Shown here one piece after another: positions 1-12,404 of a stretch of DNA of 64,000 nt; the stretch's first letter is position 1, and each line of letters begins with the position of its first letter. The notes beneath the pieces are model-generated. The model saw nothing but the letters and a program-made list of their open reading frames with translations, was not told the origin of the DNA and did not search any database. Both the position numbers and the translations under genes were made by a program. The stretch is taken from the NCBI RefSeq assembly GCF_036321535.1, contig NC_087436.1, forward strand, positions 77,502,001 through 77,566,000, given 5' to 3'. The DNA comes from Camelus dromedarius (lineage: Eukaryota).

Positions 1-654
1 TTAGGTTTTGCCTCAGGTGTAAGACAGCCTGTTTTATCTGCTTGGAACTTCAAAACCCACTGAAATTGGGTTCCCGGGCGAATTTTCATCTTATTCCACT
101 GTCTAGAATGACAGGTTTCTGGACTACAGACTTAATATTATTAACATTTTATCCTCTTGGCTCAATCATCGTCAGCTATTTGTCCAACTCTCTCATTTCT
201 TTCAGATATGGATATCTAGTTTAGCTTAAATATGACTAGAGACTTATTAAGCCTCAAATTTCCAAAGAGAGCTCTAAATTAAATCTTTTTTAAAGTTTTA
301 GAATAGTTTTCGTATTTCCTTCTCAAAGCTTGCCAGTTGGATTCTCCCGCTTCTGCCTGAGTTGGCCAGCTAGTTTTTGGCTTTGGCTAATGTTTGTTTT
401 CCCTCTCCCCATACTCTGATCTCTTCATCTCTAAAATTACACAGTTTTGCTGTTTCTATATATATATTTTTTCTAATAGCACTTGTTAATTTTGTGTTTC
501 TGTGTCACATTTTGGTAATTCTCACAATATATCAAACTTTTTCATTATTATTATATTTGTTACAATGATCCGTGATCAGTGGTTTTTGATGTTACTATTG
601 CAAAAAAAAAAAATGACTCACTGAAGGCTTAGATGATTGTTAGCTTTAAAAAAA

Positions 655-1121
655 AGGAATTTTTAAGAGTATTATATTATTTATTTTATTCATTTATTTT
701 TATTGAAGTATAGTTGATTTACAATATTGTGTTAGTTTCAGGTATACAGCATGCTGATTCAGTTATTTTTTATTATATTTCGTTATAGATTATTATAGTG
801 TATTGAATATAGTTCCCTGTGCTATATAGTAAATCCTTGGTGCTTATTTATTTTATGTATAGTAATTTGAATCTGTTAACCCCATACTCCTAATTTATCC
901 CTCCCCACTCTTTCTCTTATGGTAACTATGTTTGTTTTTTATGTCTGTGACTCTGTTTTGTATACAAATTTATTTATTTTTTTTAGGTTCCACATATAAG
1001 TGATATCATATGGTATTTAAACTTTCCTATTTGACTTTGATTAAGTTTTATTTTCTGTAGGTCTATCCATATTGCTGCAGATGGCCATATTTTACTGTTT
1101 TTCATGGCTGAGTAATAGTCC

Positions 1122-1158
<37 letters not shown>

Positions 1159-1235
1159 TCTTAAACCAGTCGTCTATTGATGGCATTTCGGTTGTTTCTA
1201 TGGCTTGGCTATTGTAAATAATGCTGCTATGAACA
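655..1235 (-). mobile_element. L1 3' end fragment nested in the Tigger1 element
   Basis: T-rich tail followed by ttttattgaagtatagttgatttacaat. Minus-strand translation gives L1 ORF2 C-terminal motifs (MDYYSAMK..., YHMISLICG). Confidence 0.9.
1124..1155. repeat. (TG)16 microsatellite
   Basis: Direct read. Confidence 0.97.
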
Positions 1236-2320
1236 TTTAGCAAAAAGTATAGTGTAAACATAACTTTTATATGCACTGGGAAACCAAAAAATTTGTGTGA
1301 CTTGCTTTATTGTGATATTTCCTTTATTTCAGTGATCTGGAACCTAACCTGAAATATCTCTGAGATGTTTCTATATATAGGACATTATGGTAGTGGTTTG
1401 TTGAATTACATTTACATATAAATTTGCCATGTATGTATACATATAAATAATCATCAATGAATACTGTGCTGCAAAGAAATTAAGAGTATTTCAATATTTT
1501 TGTATAATTTCATATAAAGCATTACAGTGTAACCAGGTCATTATGATTTACTAGATTCATAGAAATCCTCAAAGATATGCTTTTTAAATGAATCTGTTGG
1601 CAAAGGCAAAGTGAAAACCCAAATCTTTGGTGAGATGGTATTTGAAGGTTCCTACCATTTTAGATAGAGAAGACTATGGAATGTTACAAAACATCTTTTG
1701 TTTTGACAACTCTTACCACATTGGGACACTCCGACCTCAGAAGTCAAATCACGTGTCTGTCTGCAGATGTGTTAGGGATAAGAAAATCTCAGTGTTGTCC
1801 ATGCCCCTATCATTAGTATACATAACCCAAGGAGAGATTTTTCCTAGTGGCCCAACAAAGAACCTAAAACTCCAGAGAAACTGGGGAATGGAAAAGGGAG
1901 AAGTTTACCTCTACTTACTATCCAGAGGCCAGATCTCTAATTCTATCACAGTTACATAGAAAAAAATTGAAATCAGATGTAAAGAATTTTTCAGAAATCA
2001 TTTTATTGCAGTACTATTTTGATTGTAATTATAATTTATCTTTATTGAAGAAAATAAAGTACACAAAAGTATAAAGAAAATTAAAATCACCCATCATTTT
2101 ACTGCTCCAAGATATTACTATCATTATTTTGATTTATTTCCCTTTAGTATTCCTTTTTCTGTAAAGGTATATAACTAGCAATATCAAAGTTTATGTCAGA
2201 ATACATACAAATAGAGTACAGATAAATATGTAGATCCTGTTACAGCTTTGTTTTTCAAAATGTAAATCACATTGCCATACAAAATTATTTCAGTTGTTCT
2301 AATGAAATATTTTTAGAATA

Positions 2321-2847
2321 CAGATCTCTCTCGAATTACAATGGAGTTATGTACACATAAACCCATCATAGATTGAAAATATCATAAGTGAAAATGCATT
2401 TAATACACCTAACCTACCAAACGTCACCTAACCTATCAAACATCATAGCTTAGCCTAGCCTATCTTAAATGTGCTCAAAACACTTAACATAAGCCTGCAA
2501 TTGGACAAAACCATCTAACACAGAACCTATTTTATGATAGTGTCAATTATCTCACATAATTTATTGACTACCGTACTGCAAGTGAAAACCAGAAAGGTCG
2601 TACGGGTACAGGATAGTTGTAGGTAAATGATCTGTCTACCCTGGTGACCACATGGCTGACAAGGAGCTGTGGCTGCTGCCTTGCCCGGGCCCAGCATCAC
2701 AAGAGTGTATCGCACACGTATCACCAACCCAAGAAAAGGTCCAAACTCAAAATTCGAAGTACAGTTTCGCAGAATGCGTTATCACTTTCACACCATCATA
2801 AATTTGAAAAGTTGTAAGTCAAACTATCATAAATTGGGGACCATCTG
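2321..2847. mobile_element. Tigger5/MER47-type non-autonomous DNA transposon
   Basis: Inverted termini cagat...atctg with TA on both sides (2319-2320, 2848-2849). Internal aaaatgcatttaatacacctaacctacc and ttagcctagcc match the remembered MER47 consensus. Confidence 0.8.
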
Positions 2848-5800
2848 TAATTATTTCAGGTGCTCTAAGGAAGTTCTTCAAACGTATATCTGAGAGGTGT
2901 CTATCAGTCAATTCAATGAAACTCATTAAATAATTTTAATTATCTATAACACATAGCAATATAACACATAGTCATTGGTCTCAAGAAGTTTTTATTATTC
3001 CTTTCACTTATATAGGGATTTATAGAAAAGTAAAGTTAAACTTAAATTCAGCCTTGATTGGGAGCATTGAGAAATGTTTCTGAATTTAATAAAAAATCTA
3101 TTACTGCTTATTTGGCAATACGCTTCGTAGAAGTAATGTTAGTTTAAAATAATTCTTATAATGTACTTGTGTGCTTTAGATTCTATTTAGAGCAATAACT
3201 GTGTCATGAATTAGCTAATTATCTATGGATTTAAAGTAAAATTGAAGGTTTCCCAGTTTTGAGTGTATTGTTTTTAGAAATGTTGCCTTCATTGCTCTCT
3301 GCCAAGTATGATGCTAGCTGTTACCTGGCTTAATCCTATGATTCAATTGGAGGAATGAACATTTTTGGTCAGGGGAACATTAGATCCAAGCAATGCTTCT
3401 CAAAAAAATGGTGGGAACAGCTTCAACTCTTTTTAGAGTCGTAGAGTGCAAATCAATGAGTGAGGCCTGCTGTGATGAAGACACCTGCCTCTCTCACCCC
3501 ACCCCACCCCAGTTTCTGGTCAGAGTGGCTGGTGGGGGCCTTTTACTTGAATGCTATGGGGAACCCTTTAAGAAGCTCTAAGCTGGATAATTTGTTTCAT
3601 ACTCTGGTGAAAGGAATGCTCTTTTCCCTCTCATTTTCCATGGAGGATTTTTCCTTGGCGTTTGACTTTTCTCACAATTGGTGTGGTGCTGTCTGGAGCA
3701 CCTATAATGGCAATCAGGCCGAGATAAAAGAAACAAAGGAAGCTGTTCAGCGTGTTTTTTATAGGCCTTAAGTCAACCTGCTGCAAGGAAAGCCATTCTT
3801 GGTGGTTCCCCATGGTTCAGCCTAGCTCTCGAGAGAACACACTGGAATTTGGGACTAAAGCCTAATAATAAAAATCATCCATGTATACATCTTAGTGAGA
3901 AGAAGTGAATCTTTGATGCACACTAAAACTGATATTGATCCTCAGGGAACCCAGTGATACGTGCCATAAGAAGTAAGCATGAGCATCTTAAGCCTTTGTC
4001 ACAGGCAATAAAAAGCATGTGCTGAATATGAAGGAAAAAGCATTGTGCTTTGGGAGATGAATGAAAAGTGCTTTTGCAAAATGATAAGCTGTTGTTCAGA
4101 TATCCAGCTTTATGCTACCTAAAAGTATGTGTGAGATAATGAAATTCTACATGAGAAAAGTTTGTAATAAAAACATGATCCAAATTTTATAAGTTAAAAC
4201 CATTTTTAAAAGACAGTACTCCCACACCCTATACCTTTTTTTTTTTTTTTGAATCAAAGTTCCCCATTTCTTGAGATTGGGAAAAACTGGAAAAGCTTAA
4301 TTAAACTAAAGGAACACTTGGTTCCAATGCAAACCTATGCATTATTTGTCATCTTTTGGCATTTCAACCATTTGATCATTTCAGTCCATCAAGTTAATGA
4401 TCATTATATTTGAATCTAGTCCATTTAATGAAAAAAGCCAGGAATAAAAGAAAACAGCTATTAAACCAAACTTACTGGTGAGTTTGCCCATAAATATGGA
4501 CTGCCATCTAATTCCTGCTCCTGAATGGAGACTGCTGGGCTGATTTCCATTGTTTCTTCTAATCACTAAAATAATTTTTAACCAGAAAATATATCTTTTT
4601 AAAAAGACTAGAATTCTGAAGACTTGGATATGCACAGCAGTAATATTCTTAGTGTCCAAAGAAAATCTCCTGACAGTGTTTTTACTCTGAATCTCCCTCA
4701 CCCAGAATGGTTGCCAAAAAGCATCAAGTTCACCAGGAGAAACCTGCCAGAAAGCTTAGGCGAGTCCGTGTCCCATCACCTTGTTGCTGTGATGGAGGAA
4801 CCGTTCTTTTAGTTCCCGTTGGCTCTCAGTGCTGTTTCCCTGTGGCAAAGGGCTCATTCCTGCAGTTTCTCATCATGCTTTTTCATCTTGAGATTAACAG
4901 GCAAAGTGTTTTCAAACTGCTCAGGGAGCCAGAAGTGTCTTATTCATTGGCGTTTGAATTTCTCAATTCTCACTAACTCTTCTGCTGTTCTCTCAATGGT
5001 CCCCAATAGTCGCCGGTAGGGAGTGTGTAATGAACTGTGGTGCTGCAGTTATGACACTTTACATCTGTAGATGTTGACAACTTGACTGCTGGTGGTGGAC
5101 AAATCCCACGGGTTACATTTATCAGCGCCGTGAAAACACCCACAAAACACAAAGTCAATTACGCTTAATTTATTTTGCTGATAGGATGTCCCATAGAGTT
5201 TAAACTTTAAGAACATTTTTTTTTTTAGTTCAGGTTTTGTCTTCCCCCACTTCTTTGTTTAATATTTTGAGAATATGGGTTTAGCATGACATTCCTACCT
5301 GCTTAAGTAAGAAGGTTTGGGAAAAATTAGTAGAGAAGTGATCCAAGATAGAGTTGCTCCCATGCCAGGATTTTATTCTTCCATACTTTGCTTTGGTGAT
5401 GCACCTGCCCCTGCACATTAGAGTCAACGGACTGAAGGCATTTAAGTGAAGTGCTGCTTCTCATTATATCTCCAGATCAAAATGTCCTTTGGAAGTAAGT
5501 GCGCAAGCCAAATCGCTGTGTTGATGTTGGTGCACTACACCTCAAGTAATGTTGCTAAGATTGTTCAGTTTAGTCACTTGATATATTTGCTAAAGCAGAT
5601 TGCAAGTTTGTTGAAGTTATCTTTAGGTGCTAATGTTCACCTCTCTCGTGACCATATAACTCTTGTGCATGATCTACACCAAAAATATAACTCTGGATTC
5701 AGTGCAAATGTTTGAAAATGTACTTTGAATACACACACATTGAGGTGCGTGTGTGCACACACATACATGAACACACATCCTGCCTTAGTCCCACCCGATT

Positions 5801-7244
5801 TGAATCTTCAGGTAATGAGAGTCATGCCTGATGCTGACATTATGACCCAAACTTCTGAAAAGTCTCATAGCATGGTAAAGGCCTTGTACTCTACAAAATA
5901 CATGTACAACTTTGTTGAGTCTTACAGTTCTCCGCAATTTTGAAATGCAAGACCTGTAACTACTTGATTTAAACAAACATCTGTAGTGGTGGCTGTGAAT
6001 TTAAATCCAAATCTATCTTACCAGTTGCCTTATTAAATACTAACAATTAATTATATTTTGTTCGATAGTCACCAAATTTCAGTAAGTGCCTGGGTTAGTT
6101 CATGGTTGCAGGAAAAAAAAAGGTACAGTATTTTTTTAGAATTTATCTACATACTTGTTACAAGATTTAGTTTCTGGCTATGGCACCAGATTAAAATTTG
6201 TAATTTAGTTGTGATAACAATTTTAGTGATAAATTCATAATTAGATATTCTAAACAGATATAGGAAATGAATCTATTATGTAATTATGTAATGATGCCAA
6301 AGGAATACATACCAATAATATGTATTTTAGAGTTGCAGAAAACATCTAAATCTGATATGCAATTTATGCCTTGTTGTTCTAAATTTTTCATTCTGAGAAA
6401 GTTTTTTTTTATTTTGCCTTGCCTTTCTTAAACTTCAAGTGGAAAGAGAATTTGCTATAATTTTTTACATTCCTGTTCTCTTTTACAAGGTACTTCTTTT
6501 CAATATTCTAAAAGAACAAATAAAATCTCTGTGATTTTTAAAAGGAACAAATAGTCTATGTATAACTTAGAAAACAGTATGCCTTAAACTCTCTATTCAA
6601 TTTTGATATTTTTCTGAAACAGGCTTGTAACAATAATGGGTTTTTTTAATGGTTCAATTTAGTCAAATAATTGAATTTTTTGAAAATCATAAATAGAATT
6701 CAAACAATCTGTTATTAGGTATGTTTTTAATAATAATTGCTTGAATTAATTCATGCTTTAAAAAGTCCACAAGTTTATGTTTACATCTAAATTCAATATA
6801 AAGAAAAAGTTCAGAATAACTAAATATATGTTTGATCATAAAAAGTCCTCTAAGTCCAGCAGATTAGCACACCAAAGTATACAGCTGAATTTTATCTACA
6901 AATCATTTACTTTACATAAATTATTGACTGCTTTAAAATAGGTCATTGTTATCATTTTCTACTTCAAAAGTAGAGTAGTCTGGGAAATATGAACTCTGAG
7001 TTCTCTGCAAAATTTGTGCCATCTTCTCTGGTTCTCAAGATTGATTATTAGAAGTGCATCCAAATACTTTTTTAGAAAGCAATTTGGATAATTTAATAAA
7101 TGTTTAGTAACACTTTATCCTACTAAACTTTTCTTAATCTTCAGCTTTCAATTTTTTGACTCATCCCAAAGTTAACGTTTTATTCCTAAATTAAGTATTT
7201 ATATTTAAAGTATTTATGCATTTACAATTGAACATTTCAAATAA

Positions 7245-8368
7245 TTTATTTTTATTGAAGTATAGTTGATTTACAGTATTGTGTTAGTTTCAGGTTTACA
7301 GCAAAGTAATTCAGTTTTTTTTTTCAGATTATTTTCTATTATATGTTACTATAAGATACTGAATATAATTCCCCGTATTTTACAGTAAATCCTTGTTGCT
7401 TACCTATTTTATGTATACTATGTTGTATCTGTTAATCCCATACTTCTAATTATCCCTCCTGTGCCTCCCTTTCCCCTTTAGTAATCATAAATTTGTTTTC
7501 TATGTCTGTGAGTCTGTTTCTGTTTTGTATATAGATTTACTTACATTATTTTTTAAGATTCTACATGTGATATATAATATTTTCTTTCTCTCTATGACTT
7601 ACTTCACTTAGTATTATTCTCCAAGACCATCCATTTTGCTACAAATGGCAATATTTCATTCTTTTTTATGGCTGAGTAATAATCCATTGTATAGATAAAG
7701 ATATAGATATAGATATAGATATAGATATAGATATAGATATAGATATAGATAGATATATACCACCTTTTAAAGCCAGTCATCTACTGATGGGCAGTTGGGT
7801 TGTTTCTATGTCTTGGCTATTATAAATAGTGCTGCTATGAACATTGGGTGCATGTATCTTTTCAAATGAGAGTTTTCACCTTTTCTGGGTATATACCCAG
7901 AAGTAGGAATGCTGGATCATATGGTAGTTTTATTTTTAGTTTTTTAAGGAACCTCCATATTGTTCTCTATAATGGCTGCACCAATTTACGTTCACACCAA
8001 TAGTGTAGTAGGGTTCCTTTTTCTCCACACCTTCTCCAGCATTTATTATTTGTAGACTTTTTGATAATGGCCATTCTGACTGGTGTGAGGTGATACCTCA
8101 TTGTAGTTTTGATTTGCATTTCTCTGATAATTAGCGATGTTGATTGTCTCATGTGTCTGTTGGCCATCTGTATGTGTTCTTTGGAGAAATGTCTATTTAG
8201 ATATTCTTCTCATTTTTTGATTGGCTTGTTTGGGTTTTTTTTTATATTGAGTTGTATGAGCTGTTTGTATATTTTGGACATTAACCTCTGTCAGCTGCAT
8301 CATTTGCAAATTTTCTCCCATTCTATAGGTTGTCTGTTCATTTTGTTGATGGTATCCTTTGCTGGAGC
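7245..8368 (-). mobile_element. 5'-truncated L1 (ORF2 C-terminus plus 3' UTR)
   Basis: ORF 7967..8167 reads [33 protein letters not shown]. Typical L1 3' UTR and poly-T. Confidence 0.93.
7700..7750. repeat. (GATATA)n hexanucleotide microsatellite, about 8 units
   Basis: Direct read. Confidence 0.95.
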
Positions 8369-8554
8369 ACTTCAAAGTATTTAAATAAAGTAAAACATAA
8401 CTTGCTTGTCCCTTTCAGTGTTCTTGTGTCTCTGGTCTGATGCATTATTTCAGAGTTTTTGCTTGCTTTTGTTTGATTTTGGTTTTTAAGCCATCTTATA
8501 TATCTTCTTTTCCATTACAATCACTCTTTTTTTCTAACCTTTTCCATCTTTTTC

Positions 8555-10069
8555 TTTTTATTTTCACATTTTTTATTGATTTATAATAATTTTACAATGT
8601 TGTGTCAAATTCCAGTGTAGAGCACAATTTTTCAATTATACATGAACATATATATATTCATTGTCACATTTTTTTCTCTGTGAGCTTCCATAAGATCTTG
8701 TATTTATTTCCCTGTGCTATACAGTATAATCTTGTTTATCTATTCTACAATTTTGAAATCCCACTCTATCTCTTCCCACCCCCTACCCCCTTGGCAACCA
8801 CAAATTTGTATTCTATGTCTATGAGTCTGTTTCTGTTTTGTATTTATGTTTTGTTTGTTTTGTTTGTTTGTTTTTGTTTTTGTTTTAGATTCCACATATG
8901 AGCGATCTCATATGGTATTTTTCTTTCTCTTTCTGACTTACTTCACTTAGAATGACATTCTCCAGGAGCATTCATGTTGTTGCAAATGGCGTTATGTTGT
9001 CAATTTTTATGGCTGAATAGTATTCCATTGTATAAATATACCACCTCTTCTTTATCCAGTCATCTGTTGATGGGCATTTAGGCTGTTTCCATGTCTTGGC
9101 TATTGTAAATAGTGCTGCTATGAATATTGTGGTGTAGGTGTCATTTTGAAGTAGGGTTCCTTCTGGATATATGCCCAGGAGTGGGATTCCTGGGTCATAT
9201 AGTAAGTCTAGTCTTTTGAGGAATCTCCATACTGTTTTCCACAGTGGCTGCACCAAACTACATTCTCTCCAGCAGTGTAGGAGGGCTCCCTTTTCTCTAC
9301 AGCCTCTCCAGCATTTGTCATTTGTGGACTTTTGAATGATGGCCATTCTGACTGGTATGAGGTGATACCTCATTGTAGTTTTGATTTGCATTTCTCTGAT
9401 AATTAGTGATATTGAGCATTTTTTCATGTGCCTATTGATCATTTTTGTATGTCTTCCTTGGAGAATTGCTTGTTTAGGTCTTCTGCCCGTTTTGGGATTG
9501 GGTTGTTTGTTTTTTCCTTATTAAGTCATATGAGATGCTTATATATTCTGGAGATCAAGCCTTTGTCTGTTTCATTTGCAAAAATTTTCTCCCATTCCTT
9601 AGGTTGTCTTTTTGTTTTACTTATGGTTTCCTTTGCTGTGCAGAAGCTTGTAAGTTTCATTAGGTCCCATTTGTTTATTCTTGCTTTTATTTCTATTGCT
9701 TGAATAGACTGTTCTAGGAGAACATTTTTGAGATGTATGTCAGATAATGTTTTGCCTATATTTTCTTCTAGGAGGTTTATTGTATCTTGTCTTATGTTTA
9801 AGTCTTTGATCCATTTTGAGTTGATTTTTGTGTATGGTGTAAGGGAGTGTTCTAGCTTCATTGCTTTACATGCTGCTGTCCAGTTTTCCCAACACCATTT
9901 GCTGAAGAGACTGTCTTTATTCCATTGTATATTCTTGCCTCCTTTGTTGAAGATTAGTTGACCAAAAGTTTGTGGGTTCATTTCTGGGCTTTCTATTCTG
10001 TTCCATTGGTCTGTATGTCTGTTTTTGTACCAATACCATGCTGTCTTGATTACTGTAGCTCTATAATAT
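8555..10069 (-). mobile_element. Young 5'-truncated L1 (camelid-type 3' UTR), 1.5 kb, with 17-bp TSD
   Basis: ORF2 fragments [26 protein letters not shown]... (9526..10155) and ...[13 protein letters not shown]...TMEYYSAIK (8972..9442). Perfect direct repeat ccttttccatctttttc at 8538-8554 and 10070-10086. Confidence 0.96.
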
Positions 10070-12404
10070 CCTTTTCCATCTTTTTCACTCATACACTCCT
10101 CCCATTCTATTCTGCCAAACTCACATTTGAAGACATTATTCTGACATAAATACAAACTGGTTTACAAGAATTTTCACATCAAATACATTAATGAATATGT
10201 TGATTAAAAATAAAGAGAATCAGAACATTTTTGGTTTAATTTTATAACTAACACAGATAGTGTTGAATAGATTTGGAACCAGGTATCTATTCCAAATGGC
10301 AGATTTTTTTTTTTTTACCATTTATTTTTCTATATGCTAAAAGGAAATTTAAGTTGAGTACATTCATCATCCAAATAGATGTCAGGCCTAGGTTGTTAGG
10401 GAAAAAAATCTGGCTGCAATAAGATTCTGGTCAGTTCCATAAATCTCATGATGACTTTCATGTCATACCAAAGTACATCACACCAACCTTTAAAACCACA
10501 TCATATGCCAGAGAAAGGAAATCAGAAATATTTCTGTCAGGATCAACATAATGTCACAAGAAGTATTTATTGAAAGGGAAAATGAGTTACAAAAATGGGA
10601 AGAGGCACTTGTTTTATATTTGAGAAACCTGTGTATATCCACTTGGTCTTTTTTTATACCATGCAAAAATGATTTGGTCTCTGGCATTATAATTGAGTTA
10701 GGACTCTATTTCAAAAGCAGAATGTGTCTGGAATTATCCAAAGAAAATAATGTATATTTTACTTTTTTTATATAAGAAATGCTGACTTTGAGGTAGTAAG
10801 TCAACAATATTTAATAAATTCTTTTTTTCAGAGAGAAAATATTAAGCATCTGATCCCCTGAATCAAATTTTTGATTTATTGAGAAGACTGAGTGGGCCTT
10901 TCAATAAATCTGTCAGAGAAAAAAACAAACAGTAATCACACACTAGTGCCTAACAGAGCTAGATGCAGTAAAAATTGCAAAAAGAAATTTAAGATACAAT
11001 GCCTCTTCTCCAAGAGCTTATTCTGTCTCTGTCAGCAAAATTAACATTTAGGCTGCAGTTAGAAAATACTTGGGCATCAGATTATCACTACACACTTGTC
11101 TTTACCAGGAGACAGTCAGAGGGCTCATAGTCGGAGGGAATGAAGTAGGTGTAACCTTAGACACACATGACCTAAGACAGACCCAGGTGAAAAAGATGTC
11201 ACCTTATCAGTCAGAGTCAAGAGAGACCATCAGCTGGAGGAGCTAATTGACACAGCTGAGCAATGGTGGTGAAAGCCCTTAGAAAAGATAGACATGACCT
11301 GTCCAGGAACAACGCCTCCTTCGTTGTGTGGAACCTGTGGAGGCCATGGAATGCTGCAGACCTGAGCAGGGCTGTAGTCTTAACAGGCAAAGAGAACTGA
11401 CTCATCCATCCCGGGTAACCTAGTGTCCTGAAAACCTCCTGTGCCAAGTGCGATCATTCAAAATCAACGTCAGCCCCATTTTAAGCAGCACAGCCTCTTG
11501 TGATCCCATCCTAGAGGACCCAGCTACTGGGTCCAGGAGGACTCCCGGGGCATGAGTCCTAGACCTCCCTGAGTCTTCTGGCGGACCCCACAAGCAAGAA
11601 TCAGTGATAAAAGAGAGTCAGGGAACACCCTCAAGAGGGGAAACAGGGACCAGGGAAAACATAAATCTTGGTGCAGCCTGATTCCTCATTCATACAGCAT
11701 TGCCTACCATAGTTGATCTCCACCACTAAGTACCACTGTAAGGATAATTTGACATTTTTTAGAAAGGCACTCCAAAGAACGGGGGCACCTGATATGTAAG
11801 CCCTGCTTTTCTGGGTCTAAGGGCAGCACTGTCAGAAAGAGGGGCTTGGAGCTGGGCTTGGAAAGATAGTAAGGATCCAGATAAGTAGAAAGGTATGACA
11901 GTAAATGAGAGGGAAAGGTTGGGAGGCAGCATGAGAGAGATCCCAAATGAGAAGGGAGAAAATAAACACATTACATGTGAGAAGCAGGGAAGAGACTAAC
12001 CAATTGCTACTTGAAAGTGAGCTGAAGATTTGTGGTGAATACTTTGGAGTGGCTCATTTATTTTTGGTCCCAACTTCCATTTACTATTCCTTAATGTGCT
12101 ATGGAATCTGGAAAGCTACAAAACACATTACTCAGACTGCAGTACAGCTAGGCTTATGACTGAGAAATAGGTTGCCCTACTTCAGTTTGGACATGTGTGT
12201 ATGGAGGGGGAGGTAGGCAATAAGCATCCAGTTTGAGGTCATGGACTTGGGCTGGGGAGCTGGGAGAGGGGGCTGCATTGTAGACACTATCCTACTTGGG
12301 CAAGAGGCTTCCCAGTTTTGACAGAGGCTGAGTGGTTCTGAAACCCATAGTTGTGGAAAAAGTTTTCCTCCTTTGGCATGCAGTTTCTTTTTTTTCCCTC
12401 CTTT

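Larger units (their letters stand above)
466..1372 (+). mobile_element. Internally deleted Tigger1-type DNA transposon (Tigger1a-like), interrupted by an L1
   Basis: 466-645 resembles Tigger1 (tgtgtcacattttggtaattctc...gatgttactattg joined to gactcactgaaggc). 1240-1372 resembles its terminal segment (tagtgtaaacataacttttatatgcactgggaaacc...gaaatatctctgag). Confidence 0.75.

Noticed and set aside
3391..3580. Possible hAT MITE (caatgcttctcaaa...tttaagaagctcta)
   Set aside because: The termini are suggestive, but there is no 8-bp TSD and no recognisable family.
4381..5158. Overlapping short ORFs as a processed pseudogene
   Set aside because: No recognisable protein, poly-A tail or TSD; kept only as a candidate non-coding element.
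8972..10155. Longest ORFs in the window (209 aa and 156 aa) as genes
   Set aside because: They are L1 ORF2 C-terminal fragments of a 5'-truncated insertion; the N-terminus of the 209-aa ORF is read from flanking DNA.
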